A DNA stretch of 64,000 nucleotides from an uncultured Bacilli bacterium (GTDB taxonomy: Bacteria; Bacillota_I; Bacilli_A; RF39; UBA660): assembly GCA_934168205.1 (NCBI GenBank), contig CAKPMX010000001.1, positions 4,799 to 68,798 on the forward strand. Direction: 5' to 3'. The position numbers and the translations under genes are program-made. The notes beneath the pieces are model-generated. The model ran no database searches and was not told the origin of the DNA. It saw nothing but the letters and a program-made list of their open reading frames with translations. Positions 9,257-17,810 of the stretch are shown here, one piece after another (the stretch's first letter is position 1; the number at the start of each line of letters is the position of its first letter).

Positions 9257-10681
9257 CTAATTACTATTTTTATTTAATTCACTAATCTTTGCATATAACT
9301 CTTGTGCTTCTTGCATCTTACCTTCTTTATATAAAGCACTAGCTTGTGCCATAAGACTTTCTATTTGAGCCTGTACGCTAGCATTAGGAGTATTATTAGA
9401 TGTATTCATACCTTCAGAAATACCAAAATCTAAAGCTGATTTTTGTAAATCCTTAGAAGCTTTAAGTTTAGCTATTTGTTTTTGACTAACTAAAATAGCT
9501 TTAACACGATCAGGTTTCATCTTTAAAATTCTCATACTTACTTTAATATTATCATTTGTAGCAGGAGAATTATTTACTACACCAGAAGAAACTTCATTAG
9601 GAACATTTTCTTCTACTCCCTTATTTGCATTTTTAAATATCTCTGAAAAAGCATTGTTATTTTCTGAAGGAGCAATTTTTTCTAACGGTTTATTCTGTAA
9701 AGGCACATCTGTAGCCAAAGGTGCTTGAGGTATAACATCATTAGAAGAGCTCTCTTCACTACTAGAAATAAAAGGATTAGTAGTAGGAATAGTTGCAGCA
9801 TTATTCATATTATTCGAAGTATCATCTACTTTACCTGAATCATTACTTTGTGTTGTAGTAATATTCATAAAAGGTAAAGGTGTAGTCTTAACATCAATAT
9901 TATTAGAATCAACTGACGCAGTCTCACCTATATCTTTTTTATCACCAGTAGATTCTTCAGTACTAACTTTAGTATCATCAGTAGCCTTTCCTATTGGAAT
10001 AACTAAATCAACCGGTGGAATCTTAATATCAGAAACTTTATCAGTAGAAACAGCAGCAGTACCAGATGAAACTTCACTACCTAAAGTTACAGTAGGTTCA
10101 GGTTTTGTCTCCTCTTTAGTTTCAACAACATGCTCAGATTTTTCTTCAGTCTTAACCTCAGCTTCAGGCTTCTCTTCAACAACTGGAGTCTCAGTTTTAA
10201 CTTCTTCTTTTGCCTCAGAAACAGTATCTGCTTTTTCACCAGTACCCGTAGATTCTTCTTTTTTCAAAGGTATAACAACCTTTTCTTCTTCTACAGCATC
10301 TTTCTCTGCTGTATCAGGAACACTTTTCTCACTACTAGTTTGAACTTCTACAAGAGTATTATCAACAGGTACCTCAGTAGGTCCACCATTAACAGTCTCA
10401 CTAACTACCTCATCAGAAGTAGTACCAGTAGCATTAACATTTTTATTAGTTTCTCCAACAAAATTATTATTAGAAACAACCATATGATTAAAACCAAGTA
10501 TTTCATCAACTTTTTCAAATTGTGAAAATAAACGTGTTAAATTCTCTATTTGATTAGAAGCATCTACAACCATACTTATATATACTTCTCTATCTTCCAT
10601 ATTTTGAATATTTGCTAAATTTTTAGTTCTTGCAGAAAGAAAATCACATAATTCTGCTTTTATAATTGTAGTATCATTCAT
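9257..10681 (-). CDS. Hypothetical protein with small N- and C-terminal globular domains around a long E/K/T/V-rich disordered region
   Basis: 474-aa ORF with strong low-complexity bias. The antisense ORF 10130..10525 is a mirror artefact of that bias. Confidence 0.45.
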   Translation of the reverse strand: MNDTTIIKAELCDFLSARTKNLANIQNMEDREVYISMVVDASNQIENLTRLFSQFEKVDEILGFNHMVVSNNNFVGETNKNVNATGTTSDEVVSETVNGGPTEVPVDNTLVEVQTSSEKSVPDTAEKDAVEEEKVVIPLKKEESTGTGEKADTVSEAKEEVKTETPVVEEKPEAEVKTEEKSEHVVETKEETKPEPTVTLGSEVSSGTAAVSTDKVSDIKIPPVDLVIPIGKATDDTKVSTEESTGDKKDIGETASVDSNNIDVKTTPLPFMNITTTQSNDSGKVDDTSNNMNNAATIPTTNPFISSSEESSSNDVIPQAPLATDVPLQNKPLEKIAPSENNNAFSEIFKNANKGVEENVPNEVSSGVVNNSPATNDNIKVSMRILKMKPDRVKAILVSQKQIAKLKASKDLQKSALDFGISEGMNTSNNTPNASVQAQIESLMAQASALYKEGKMQEAQELYAKISELNKNSN

Positions 10682-10699
10682 ATTACCAAAACTCCTATA

Positions 10700-10972
10700 C
10701 TAAGCATTCGCAATTCTTTTCAATAGTTGTTGAACCTCAGTCCATTCACTATCTTCAAGAATCTCTTGAATCTTATACCCTTCATTATCTTTAAATAATT
10801 TTGAAATATAAATGACTTGGTCATTACCTTCACCTTTAATTTCTCCCTTAGTATAAACAATATATTGCTTAAGTCTATCATCAGAAATTAAATATGTGAT
10901 AAGTTCTACCATTGTATTATTGCCATTAGTATCAACAATTTCGATCATTTCTTTCGCATTCATAGCAAACAC
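10700..10972 (-). CDS. DUF1292-family small protein
   Basis: 90 aa. The VDTNGNNTMVELI...DDRLKQYIVY pattern is typical of the Firmicute DUF1292 family. Confidence 0.55.
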   Translation of the reverse strand: MFAMNAKEMIEIVDTNGNNTMVELITYLISDDRLKQYIVYTKGEIKGEGNDQVIYISKLFKDNEGYKIQEILEDSEWTEVQQLLKRIANA

Positions 10973-11041
10973 CCTCTATTCTAATCATAATTATAACTAA
11001 TTTTAAAATAGAAGTAAAGAAGCAAAAAGAACTTTTTAGTA

Positions 11042-12160
11042 TTATCTAGAAAGTTCTTTTAATTTATTAATATTTTTTTCAAATGATTTTAAAAATCCAT
11101 CTATTTCTTCTTTTGTTGTCAAATAAGATAAACTAATTCTAATACTATGACTAGCTCTTTCTTTATCTTTAGTGACAGCATAAACAGCTAATGAATAATT
11201 ACCAGTAGAACATGCGGTTTGGGTTGATATATAAATATCATCTTGTTCCAAAGCATGTAGCATAGTCTCTGACTTAATCTTTTTTAAACTAATATTAACA
11301 ATATGTGGCACGCAATAATCATTACTATTAATATCTACATCTAATAAAGGTAGTTTTTCCAAAAGATAATCATGTAACTCTACTACTTTATTATATTTCT
11401 TATCAAAATCAACATAACATAATCTTAATGCCTTTGATAAAGAAACAATTAAAGCTAAAGCTGGCGTACCAGATCTAAAAGCAGTAGTAGATTTACCACC
11501 ATGTATTAATGGTTCTAATGTAATGTTTCTCTTCTTAATTAGACAGCCAATGCCCTTCATTCCATAAAACTTTTGTCCTGAAATGCTGGCAAGATCAACA
11601 CATGATAAATCAACTTTTAACTTACCAATAGCTTGTGTCATATCACTATGAAAATATACTTTAGGATAATCTTTTAAAATCTTACTAATTGCCTTTATAT
11701 CTTGACAAATTCCTACTTCACTGTTTACAGCAGCAATAGTTACAAGAATAGTATCATCTCTAATAAGACCCTTCAAGTCACCTAAATCAACTAAACCATT
11801 AGAATCTAGTTTAACATAACTAACTTCATAACCAAGCGTTTCTAAATATTTAACAGTTTCACTAACTGAAGAATGTTCAAGTTCTGTTGTAATAATATGT
11901 TTTCCATGATGTTTAAAGCAAATTCCTTTAATAGCTAAATTATTAGCTTCACTAGCTCCAGATGTATAAATAACCTCACTACTATCAACATTTAAAATAT
12001 CAGCAATTTGTTTAGTAGCGGCATCAATTAACTTCTTAGCATCTGTTCCCAATTTATGTAAAGAATTAGGATTACCTATATAATTTCTAGTGACCAAGTC
12101 AAAAGTATTTAAAACCTCTTCATTAACAGGAGTAGTAGCACTATAATCTAAATATATCAT
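11042..12160 (-). CDS. Cysteine desulfurase (class V aminotransferase, NifS/IscS-like)
   Basis: MIYLDYSATTP N-terminus and a PLP-lysine region (SGQKFYGMKGIG). Confidence 0.85.
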   Translation of the reverse strand: MIYLDYSATTPVNEEVLNTFDLVTRNYIGNPNSLHKLGTDAKKLIDAATKQIADILNVDSSEVIYTSGASEANNLAIKGICFKHHGKHIITTELEHSSVSETVKYLETLGYEVSYVKLDSNGLVDLGDLKGLIRDDTILVTIAAVNSEVGICQDIKAISKILKDYPKVYFHSDMTQAIGKLKVDLSCVDLASISGQKFYGMKGIGCLIKKRNITLEPLIHGGKSTTAFRSGTPALALIVSLSKALRLCYVDFDKKYNKVVELHDYLLEKLPLLDVDINSNDYCVPHIVNISLKKIKSETMLHALEQDDIYISTQTACSTGNYSLAVYAVTKDKERASHSIRISLSYLTTKEEIDGFLKSFEKNINKLKELSR

Positions 12161-12173
12161 TTCGATATCCTAA

Positions 12174-12368
12174 CTATTTATCTCCTGAAACATTGTAAAG
12201 ATCATAATTAAGCTTAGCCATAGCTAATTCTATAGTCATAAGTTTTTCACTATTATCTAACTTTTCATCATCCATTAAAACTTTAATTAATTCATCAGCA
12301 ACTTTCATTATTTCTTCCTTGTTCTTATGTAAAACTATTTTATCCATCATATAGTTCACAAAAATCAC
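12174..12368 (-). CDS. Hypothetical small protein
   Basis: 64-aa ORF tightly spaced inside a minus-strand gene run. Confidence 0.3.
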   Translation of the reverse strand: MIFVNYMMDKIVLHKNKEEIMKVADELIKVLMDDEKLDNSEKLMTIELAMAKLNYDLYNVSGDK

Positions 12369-12413
12369 CTCACATTCATTATACTTATTTTACAACTTCT
12401 AATAATTCTAACA

Positions 12414-12683
12414 TCATTTGTTTGAATTTTGATAATAATCTCTTTCGGCAATACTAGCCGAAACACTATCTAACTCATCAGGATTATCAACTTCTTCATA
12501 ATTGAATTTTTCATCTATCAACATTAATACTTCTTTTAAACTACTACAAGATTTATACTTAATATTATATTTATTAAGTACATCAATCTCATTATTAGTA
12601 AGGACTAATCCATTACTAAGATTATTAAGCTTTGAAGATTTAAAATCTAAACTAGAAATAATCTCATCAATATTATACTCCAT
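12414..12683 (-). CDS. Hypothetical small acidic protein
   Basis: 89-aa ORF with a conserved-looking spacing. Confidence 0.35.
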   Translation of the reverse strand: MEYNIDEIISSLDFKSSKLNNLSNGLVLTNNEIDVLNKYNIKYKSCSSLKEVLMLIDEKFNYEEVDNPDELDSVSASIAERDYYQNSNK

Positions 12684-12719
12684 TTTCCCCTTCTTTCACA
12701 AAAACAGAACTTAAAAGTC

Positions 12720-13244
12720 CTATTTACACGTATAACCGTTATTTTTCATATGAGTCATTAATTCTCCCTCAGTATATTTATCCTTTATACTCAAAGTAAC
12801 TACGTCACTGCTCTTAGTATTTGGATTAATTTTAATCTGTAAACCATTATTCTCATAAAATTCAATATTATTAAGAATTAACGTCTCTTTACTACTAGCA
12901 TTTATTGTAACTAAAATGTAGTTATCACCAGAAGTAACCTTGACATCAGTATCATCTAAATACTCATATGACTTCTTTATGGCAAACTTAAAAGCTTCTA
13001 AGTACTTGTCATCACTTAAATATTTATCAGGTAATATTATCGTTTTAGATAATGTCATTTTACTAATCTTATTACTATCTAATTCAGTTTTTAATTCCTC
13101 TTTAATAGTAATACCAAAGTCATCAACTGTCTTTTTACTACACTCAACATAAGGTTGTTTAACAGTTGCAAACAAATAAATTATAATTATAATTATTATT
13201 GCTGTAATAATTGTAGGAAAAACCATACTTCTCTTTTTAGCCAT
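12720..13244 (-). CDS. Membrane-anchored hypothetical protein
   Basis: N-terminal TM helix (poly-Ile) followed by an extracytoplasmic domain. Confidence 0.45.
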   Translation of the reverse strand: MAKKRSMVFPTIITAIIIIIIIYLFATVKQPYVECSKKTVDDFGITIKEELKTELDSNKISKMTLSKTIILPDKYLSDDKYLEAFKFAIKKSYEYLDDTDVKVTSGDNYILVTINASSKETLILNNIEFYENNGLQIKINPNTKSSDVVTLSIKDKYTEGELMTHMKNNGYTCK

Positions 13245-13330
13245 AACACCCTCACCTCATAAACTTATTATATCAATAACAAAATAATAGTCAAGCAAAA
13301 GAAAAGCACTTCATCAAAAGTGCCTTACAA

Positions 13331-13726
13331 TTATTTAATTTCAATAACTTTTTTATTTTCTACTTCTTCTTTTTTAGGAACAGTAATTTTTAAGCATCCA
13401 TTATTGAATTCAGCATCAATTTTATCTTGATCTAAATCTCCAACATAGAATGATCTTTCATACTTACCATAAACCCTTTCACGACGAATATAGTTCTTTT
13501 TCTCATCCTCTTCGTTAACTTCATTCTTTTTCTCTGCTGAAATAGTTAAATAACCATCTTTTGCCTCAACAGAAATATCTTCTTTTGAAAAACCAGGAAC
13601 ATCCATTTCAATATGGTAACTTCCATCTTTTTCATAAATATCGCATTTCATTGTTTGTTCCTTCTTTGTACTTAAGAAATCATCAAAAATATCATCTAAA
13701 TAAAATTTTCTTGGAATTAAATCCAT
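13331..13726 (-). CDS. Hsp20/alpha-crystallin family small heat-shock protein. The start is moved to MDLIPRKF because an RBS (AGGAAG) lies 9 nt upstream of it.
   Basis: Alpha-crystallin domain (DVPGFSKEDISVEAKDGYLTISAEKK). The tabulated start at 13780 would sit inside the operator, so it is unlikely. Confidence 0.85.
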   Translation of the reverse strand: MDLIPRKFYLDDIFDDFLSTKKEQTMKCDIYEKDGSYHIEMDVPGFSKEDISVEAKDGYLTISAEKKNEVNEEDEKKNYIRRERVYGKYERSFYVGDLDQDKIDAEFNNGCLKITVPKKEEVENKKVIEIK

Positions 13727-13740
13727 ACTTATCATCTTCC

Positions 13741-13793
13741 TTTCAATTATTGTTATACCATTATCTTTAGCACTTGTCAATAGAAAGTGCTAA
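13741..13793 (-). promoter_or_regulatory. SigA-type promoter (TTGACA-N17-TATAAC) whose -35 box lies inside a CIRCE-like inverted repeat (TTAGCACTT-N9-AAGTGCTAA); hsp20 promoter and operator
   Basis: Read directly: TTAGCACTTTCTATTGACAAGTGCTAA on the gene strand. The -10 TATAAC sits 17 nt downstream of the TTGACA. Confidence 0.6.
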
Positions 13794-13915
13794 TTATATT
13801 ATTAATATACTAATAATTGTAAAAAATATGCAAAATTTTTATAAAAAAATAAAAGACATATTTAATAAAATATGCTATACTATAATAAATGATAAGATAA
13901 TAAGAGTGAGGTTGT

Positions 13916-14632
13916 GTGACATATATGGGAAAAAGTGAAGCAAAACTAGAATTAGTAGATAAAATCATAATAGCAGCAATTGGAGTAGCAATATTAATTG
14001 CAATTGCTGGAACGGTTATCTGGGTTAATTACAAACATTCACCAGATAATAAAGACAATATGTATAAAGAATTTCCAGGAAACAAAACTTATAAATATAC
14101 AATTGAATCTAACAAAATAAATTTATATCAAAACAAAAAAATGGTTGATTCATATACTTGTATAAATAATTGTAAGATTGAAGACAATAAAGAAGATCAA
14201 TTCACAATTGAATATGATTCATTTATATCTATATACGACAATAATAAATATTTACTATATAACACAGAAATAAAAGCAACATATTATACATTTGATACTT
14301 ATCCAAAAAAGACAAAAAATAATAGTCATGGTCTTGTAGTTAAAGATAATAAATATGGAATTATAAATAAATCAGGTGGCTTAATATTAAATACAGAATA
14401 TGATTACATAGAAGCAACAGAAAGTGATTTAGTAACATTAAAGGATTATGTAATAAACGTATATGATTATTCAGGAAAGAAACTAACAAATGATGAATAC
14501 ACAAATATAAAAGAAATAGTAGTATTAGAAAAAGAAAAAACATTATATATCTATATAACTGATATAAACGGAAATAGAAATATAATTCCATTTGATCTAG
14601 TAACAAATACATATGCAGGAAGAGCAAATTAA
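13916..14632 (+). CDS. Membrane-anchored hypothetical protein with WG-like beta repeats
   Basis: N-terminal TM helix. The KYGIINKSGGLILNTEYDYI repeats resemble WG-containing repeats. Confidence 0.45.
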   Translation: MTYMGKSEAKLELVDKIIIAAIGVAILIAIAGTVIWVNYKHSPDNKDNMYKEFPGNKTYKYTIESNKINLYQNKKMVDSYTCINNCKIEDNKEDQFTIEYDSFISIYDNNKYLLYNTEIKATYYTFDTYPKKTKNNSHGLVVKDNKYGIINKSGGLILNTEYDYIEATESDLVTLKDYVINVYDYSGKKLTNDEYTNIKEIVVLEKEKTLYIYITDINGNRNIIPFDLVTNTYAGRAN

Positions 14633-14692
14633 TTGCTCTTTTTATTTTAGATAAATTAAAACGAATAAGCTAAATTGCCTATTCGTTATTTT

Positions 14693-17600
14693 TTATCCTA
14701 GCTGATATCTTGCTATATAAGTTTTAACAAATTTAATTACTTTATTATATTCGTTAACTAACTCATCAAAATGTTCATTAACAAAGTTAACATCATTTTC
14801 TTTACTCTTTAACTCATGTTGATAACTAATATCTGCTAACTCCATAAATCCTAAGTACTTACAATCACTCTTTAATGAATGAACTTCAATTGCATAATTT
14901 GGCATATCAGAAGCTTCTTTAAATTGATTAATTCTATCCCATTTAGCTTCTACATCAGCAATAAAGTCACCCATGGTCATATTATACATTTCCATATCGC
15001 CAAGAAGTTCTAATGAGTTGTCCATATTAACACCATGTTCTTTTAAATAAGCGAGCATAGCATCATCACTCTTATCAGTAGCAATTTCAACAGTATCAGT
15101 TGAAACATCATTATTTGAAGCCTCAGTAGTTTCAGGCTTAGCCTCTTCTTTAACCTCAGTAACAGGTGCAACAGGCTTTTCTTCTACCTTGGTTTCTTCT
15201 TTAACTTCAGGCTCTGTAGTAACTTCAGCTTTTTCCTCTACCTTTTCTTCAGGTTTAACATCTTCCTTAGCCTCAGTAACAGGTTCAACAGGCTTTTCTT
15301 CTACCTTAGTTTCTTCTTTAACTTCAGGCTCTGTAGTAGCTTCAGCTTTTTCCTCTACCTTTTCTTCAGGTTGAACCTCTTCCTTAGTCTCAGTAGCAAC
15401 CTCAGGCTTTTCTTCTACCTTAGTTTCTTCTTTAACTTCAGGTTCTGTAGTAACTTCAGCTTTTTCCTCTACCTTTTCTTCAGGTTGAACCTCTTCCTTA
15501 GTCTCAGTAGCAGGTTCAGCAGGTTTTTCTTCTACCTTAGTTTCTTCTTTAACTTCAGGCTCTGTAGTAACTTCAGCTTTTTCCTCTACCTTTTCTTCAG
15601 ATTTAACCTCTTCCTTAACCTCAGGCTTATCTGCAACTACGGGAGTTTCTACTTTTTCTTCAACTTTAGTTTCAACTTCAACAACTGGTTTAACCTCTTC
15701 TTTAACCTCTACTGGTTTTTCTTCAACTACAGCTGGAGACTCAGTCTTAACTTCATTATCTTGATGAGGTTTAACAGTTTCAATATCGATATGTTTGATT
15801 TCTTCAACTACTTTTGAAGGTCTCTCAACTTGTTTATCAACTTTAACTTCAGGCACTACACTAACATTTTCATGATGTGTCTTAACATTATCATCAACTA
15901 TAGTAACAGTTTTATTTTCAAAAAATCTATGTATTATTTTATCCAATTCCTGTGTATTAATAGGCATTGGTAAATAATAATCAAATCCTTCACTTAAATA
16001 TTTTTCTTCCATGCCATTCATAGCATTAGCAGTTAAAGCTATTATTGGTGGAGTTTCATAATCATCTAATCTTCTAAGTATACGAGCAGTTTCAATACCA
16101 TCCATTTCTGGCATCATATGATCTAAGAAAATTATATCATAATGATTACCATACTTATACTTATAAATACAATCTTTACCAGATTGGGCAACATCAACAT
16201 TAAAGTTATACTTCTTAAGTAATCTTTCAGCAACTTTTAAATTAAGTCTACTATCATCAACTACTAAAGCTGTAAAATCTGAACAATCCAAGAAATTTCT
16301 TACTCTTTGAACAGATGTATCTTGAGTAACACTACCTATAGGAGTAGGATCAATAACCTTTAATGGTAAATCAACATAGAAAGTAGTACCTACTTCAAAC
16401 TCACTAGTAAACCAAATCTTACCACCCATCAAATCCACAAACTTTTTAGTAATCACAAGACCTAATCCAGTACCTTCAATTTCTTTTGAAACTGCACTAT
16501 CAAGCCTTGAAAACTTCTCAAATATTTTACCAAAGTCTTCCTTCTTAATACCGTAGCCAGTATCAGAAATCTTAATATGTAAAAGAACGGCATCATTACC
16601 AGTTTTCTCAGGAACTACTGAAAGCTTAATCTTACCAACTTCTGTATACTTAACAGCGTTATTAGTAATATTAAGTAATATCTGATAAATCTTAGTAGAG
16701 TCACCATAAACCTTAGAAGGAATTTGTTCATCCAATTCGATATATAACTTAACTGGATTATTACCAATTCTTGATTCAATAATACTACCAAGTTCCTTAA
16801 CTATCTTCGCAATACTACATTCCTTATTATCCAACGTGTCATTACCAGACTCTATCTTAGATATATCTAAGATATTATTAATTATATCAACAAGGTTAGT
16901 ACCAGCAGTAGCAATACTTTGAATATCATTACGAGCTGTATTCTCATCAAACTTTGGACTATTAAGTAATGAATCAGAAAAACCTATAATTGCATTCATT
17001 GGAGTTCTAATTTCATGAGACATATTCGATAAAAAGTCTGTCTTAGATTTATTAGACTTATCAATATCAGCCTTTAGTCCTTCTATCTCTCTCGCTAAAT
17101 GAATATCCGGGTTTTCTATAATAAAGTATAAGAAGAATACTTGTAATGAACAACAAATTACATATACAGATATATTATTAAACATTACTTGTAAAACTAA
17201 CATAACTAGCATTACAAACATAATCAATGTTATTGCTATTTTTCTTCTCAATGGATATTGTTTATACAAAGTATACGAACATACCAAAACATAAGTACAC
17301 ATACATGTTAAAAATACTAAAACAATATAATCAGCATGACTTGCAATACATTTTATTAAATTGAGATCTATAGTTTCCTTGGGTGCAATAGCATAACCTA
17401 ATAATAATATACAAGTAATAATTAACAAAGCCTTGCTATTTTTACTTTCTCTAAATAATTCGCCAAAGTTGTTATATTGAAGCTTTTGCATATAAACAAC
17501 ACAATATATACAATAAACACCAACCCATAATATAAATGACAGCCAGTGAACAAACTTAACACTAGTAATCAAAAATTCAGAATTGGAATATCCTAAACAT

Positions 17601-17803
17601 AATAAATATATAAATTCTGTAGACAAAATAAATATAACTAAACTTAAAATAATTCTGTATAGTTTACTTCTCAAATCACTTTGTTTTTCCTTTGAAAAAT
17701 AAATAATAGAAAGGAAAATAGTAAACAATAAACAACCAAATGAAAACAATATACTAGTAGAAAGATTTTCTGCTAAACTAAATACATCCTTCATTTTCCA
17801 CAC
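14693..17803 (-). CDS. Unorthodox hybrid sensor histidine kinase: polytopic sensor, HisKA, HATPase, REC, a long repetitive EK-rich linker and a C-terminal HPt domain
   Basis: H-box SHEIRTPMNAI, G-box DTGYGI, receiver domain (FLDHMMPEMDG), and an HPt-like HSLKSDCKYLG near the C-terminus. Confidence 0.85.
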   Translation of the reverse strand: MWKMKDVFSLAENLSTSILFSFGCLLFTIFLSIIYFSKEKQSDLRSKLYRIILSLVIFILSTEFIYLLCLGYSNSEFLITSVKFVHWLSFILWVGVYCIYCVVYMQKLQYNNFGELFRESKNSKALLIITCILLLGYAIAPKETIDLNLIKCIASHADYIVLVFLTCMCTYVLVCSYTLYKQYPLRRKIAITLIMFVMLVMLVLQVMFNNISVYVICCSLQVFFLYFIIENPDIHLAREIEGLKADIDKSNKSKTDFLSNMSHEIRTPMNAIIGFSDSLLNSPKFDENTARNDIQSIATAGTNLVDIINNILDISKIESGNDTLDNKECSIAKIVKELGSIIESRIGNNPVKLYIELDEQIPSKVYGDSTKIYQILLNITNNAVKYTEVGKIKLSVVPEKTGNDAVLLHIKISDTGYGIKKEDFGKIFEKFSRLDSAVSKEIEGTGLGLVITKKFVDLMGGKIWFTSEFEVGTTFYVDLPLKVIDPTPIGSVTQDTSVQRVRNFLDCSDFTALVVDDSRLNLKVAERLLKKYNFNVDVAQSGKDCIYKYKYGNHYDIIFLDHMMPEMDGIETARILRRLDDYETPPIIALTANAMNGMEEKYLSEGFDYYLPMPINTQELDKIIHRFFENKTVTIVDDNVKTHHENVSVVPEVKVDKQVERPSKVVEEIKHIDIETVKPHQDNEVKTESPAVVEEKPVEVKEEVKPVVEVETKVEEKVETPVVADKPEVKEEVKSEEKVEEKAEVTTEPEVKEETKVEEKPAEPATETKEEVQPEEKVEEKAEVTTEPEVKEETKVEEKPEVATETKEEVQPEEKVEEKAEATTEPEVKEETKVEEKPVEPVTEAKEDVKPEEKVEEKAEVTTEPEVKEETKVEEKPVAPVTEVKEEAKPETTEASNNDVSTDTVEIATDKSDDAMLAYLKEHGVNMDNSLELLGDMEMYNMTMGDFIADVEAKWDRINQFKEASDMPNYAIEVHSLKSDCKYLGFMELADISYQHELKSKENDVNFVNEHFDELVNEYNKVIKFVKTYIARYQLG
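15174..15640. repeat. About four tandem 117-bp repeats (one unit is 114 bp), in frame within the hybrid kinase and encoding a 39-aa E/K/V/T-rich repeat
   Basis: Unit starts at 15174, 15291, 15405 and 15522, each beginning ggcttttcttctacctt. Identity is near-perfect. Confidence 0.85.
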
Positions 17804-17810
17804 TCCCTTT

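Noticed and set aside
15174-15640. The 117-bp tandem repeats as a CRISPR-like or noncoding repeat array
   Set aside because: The repeats are contiguous with no unique spacers. They keep an open reading frame inside the histidine-kinase gene and encode a coherent EK-rich peptide repeat.
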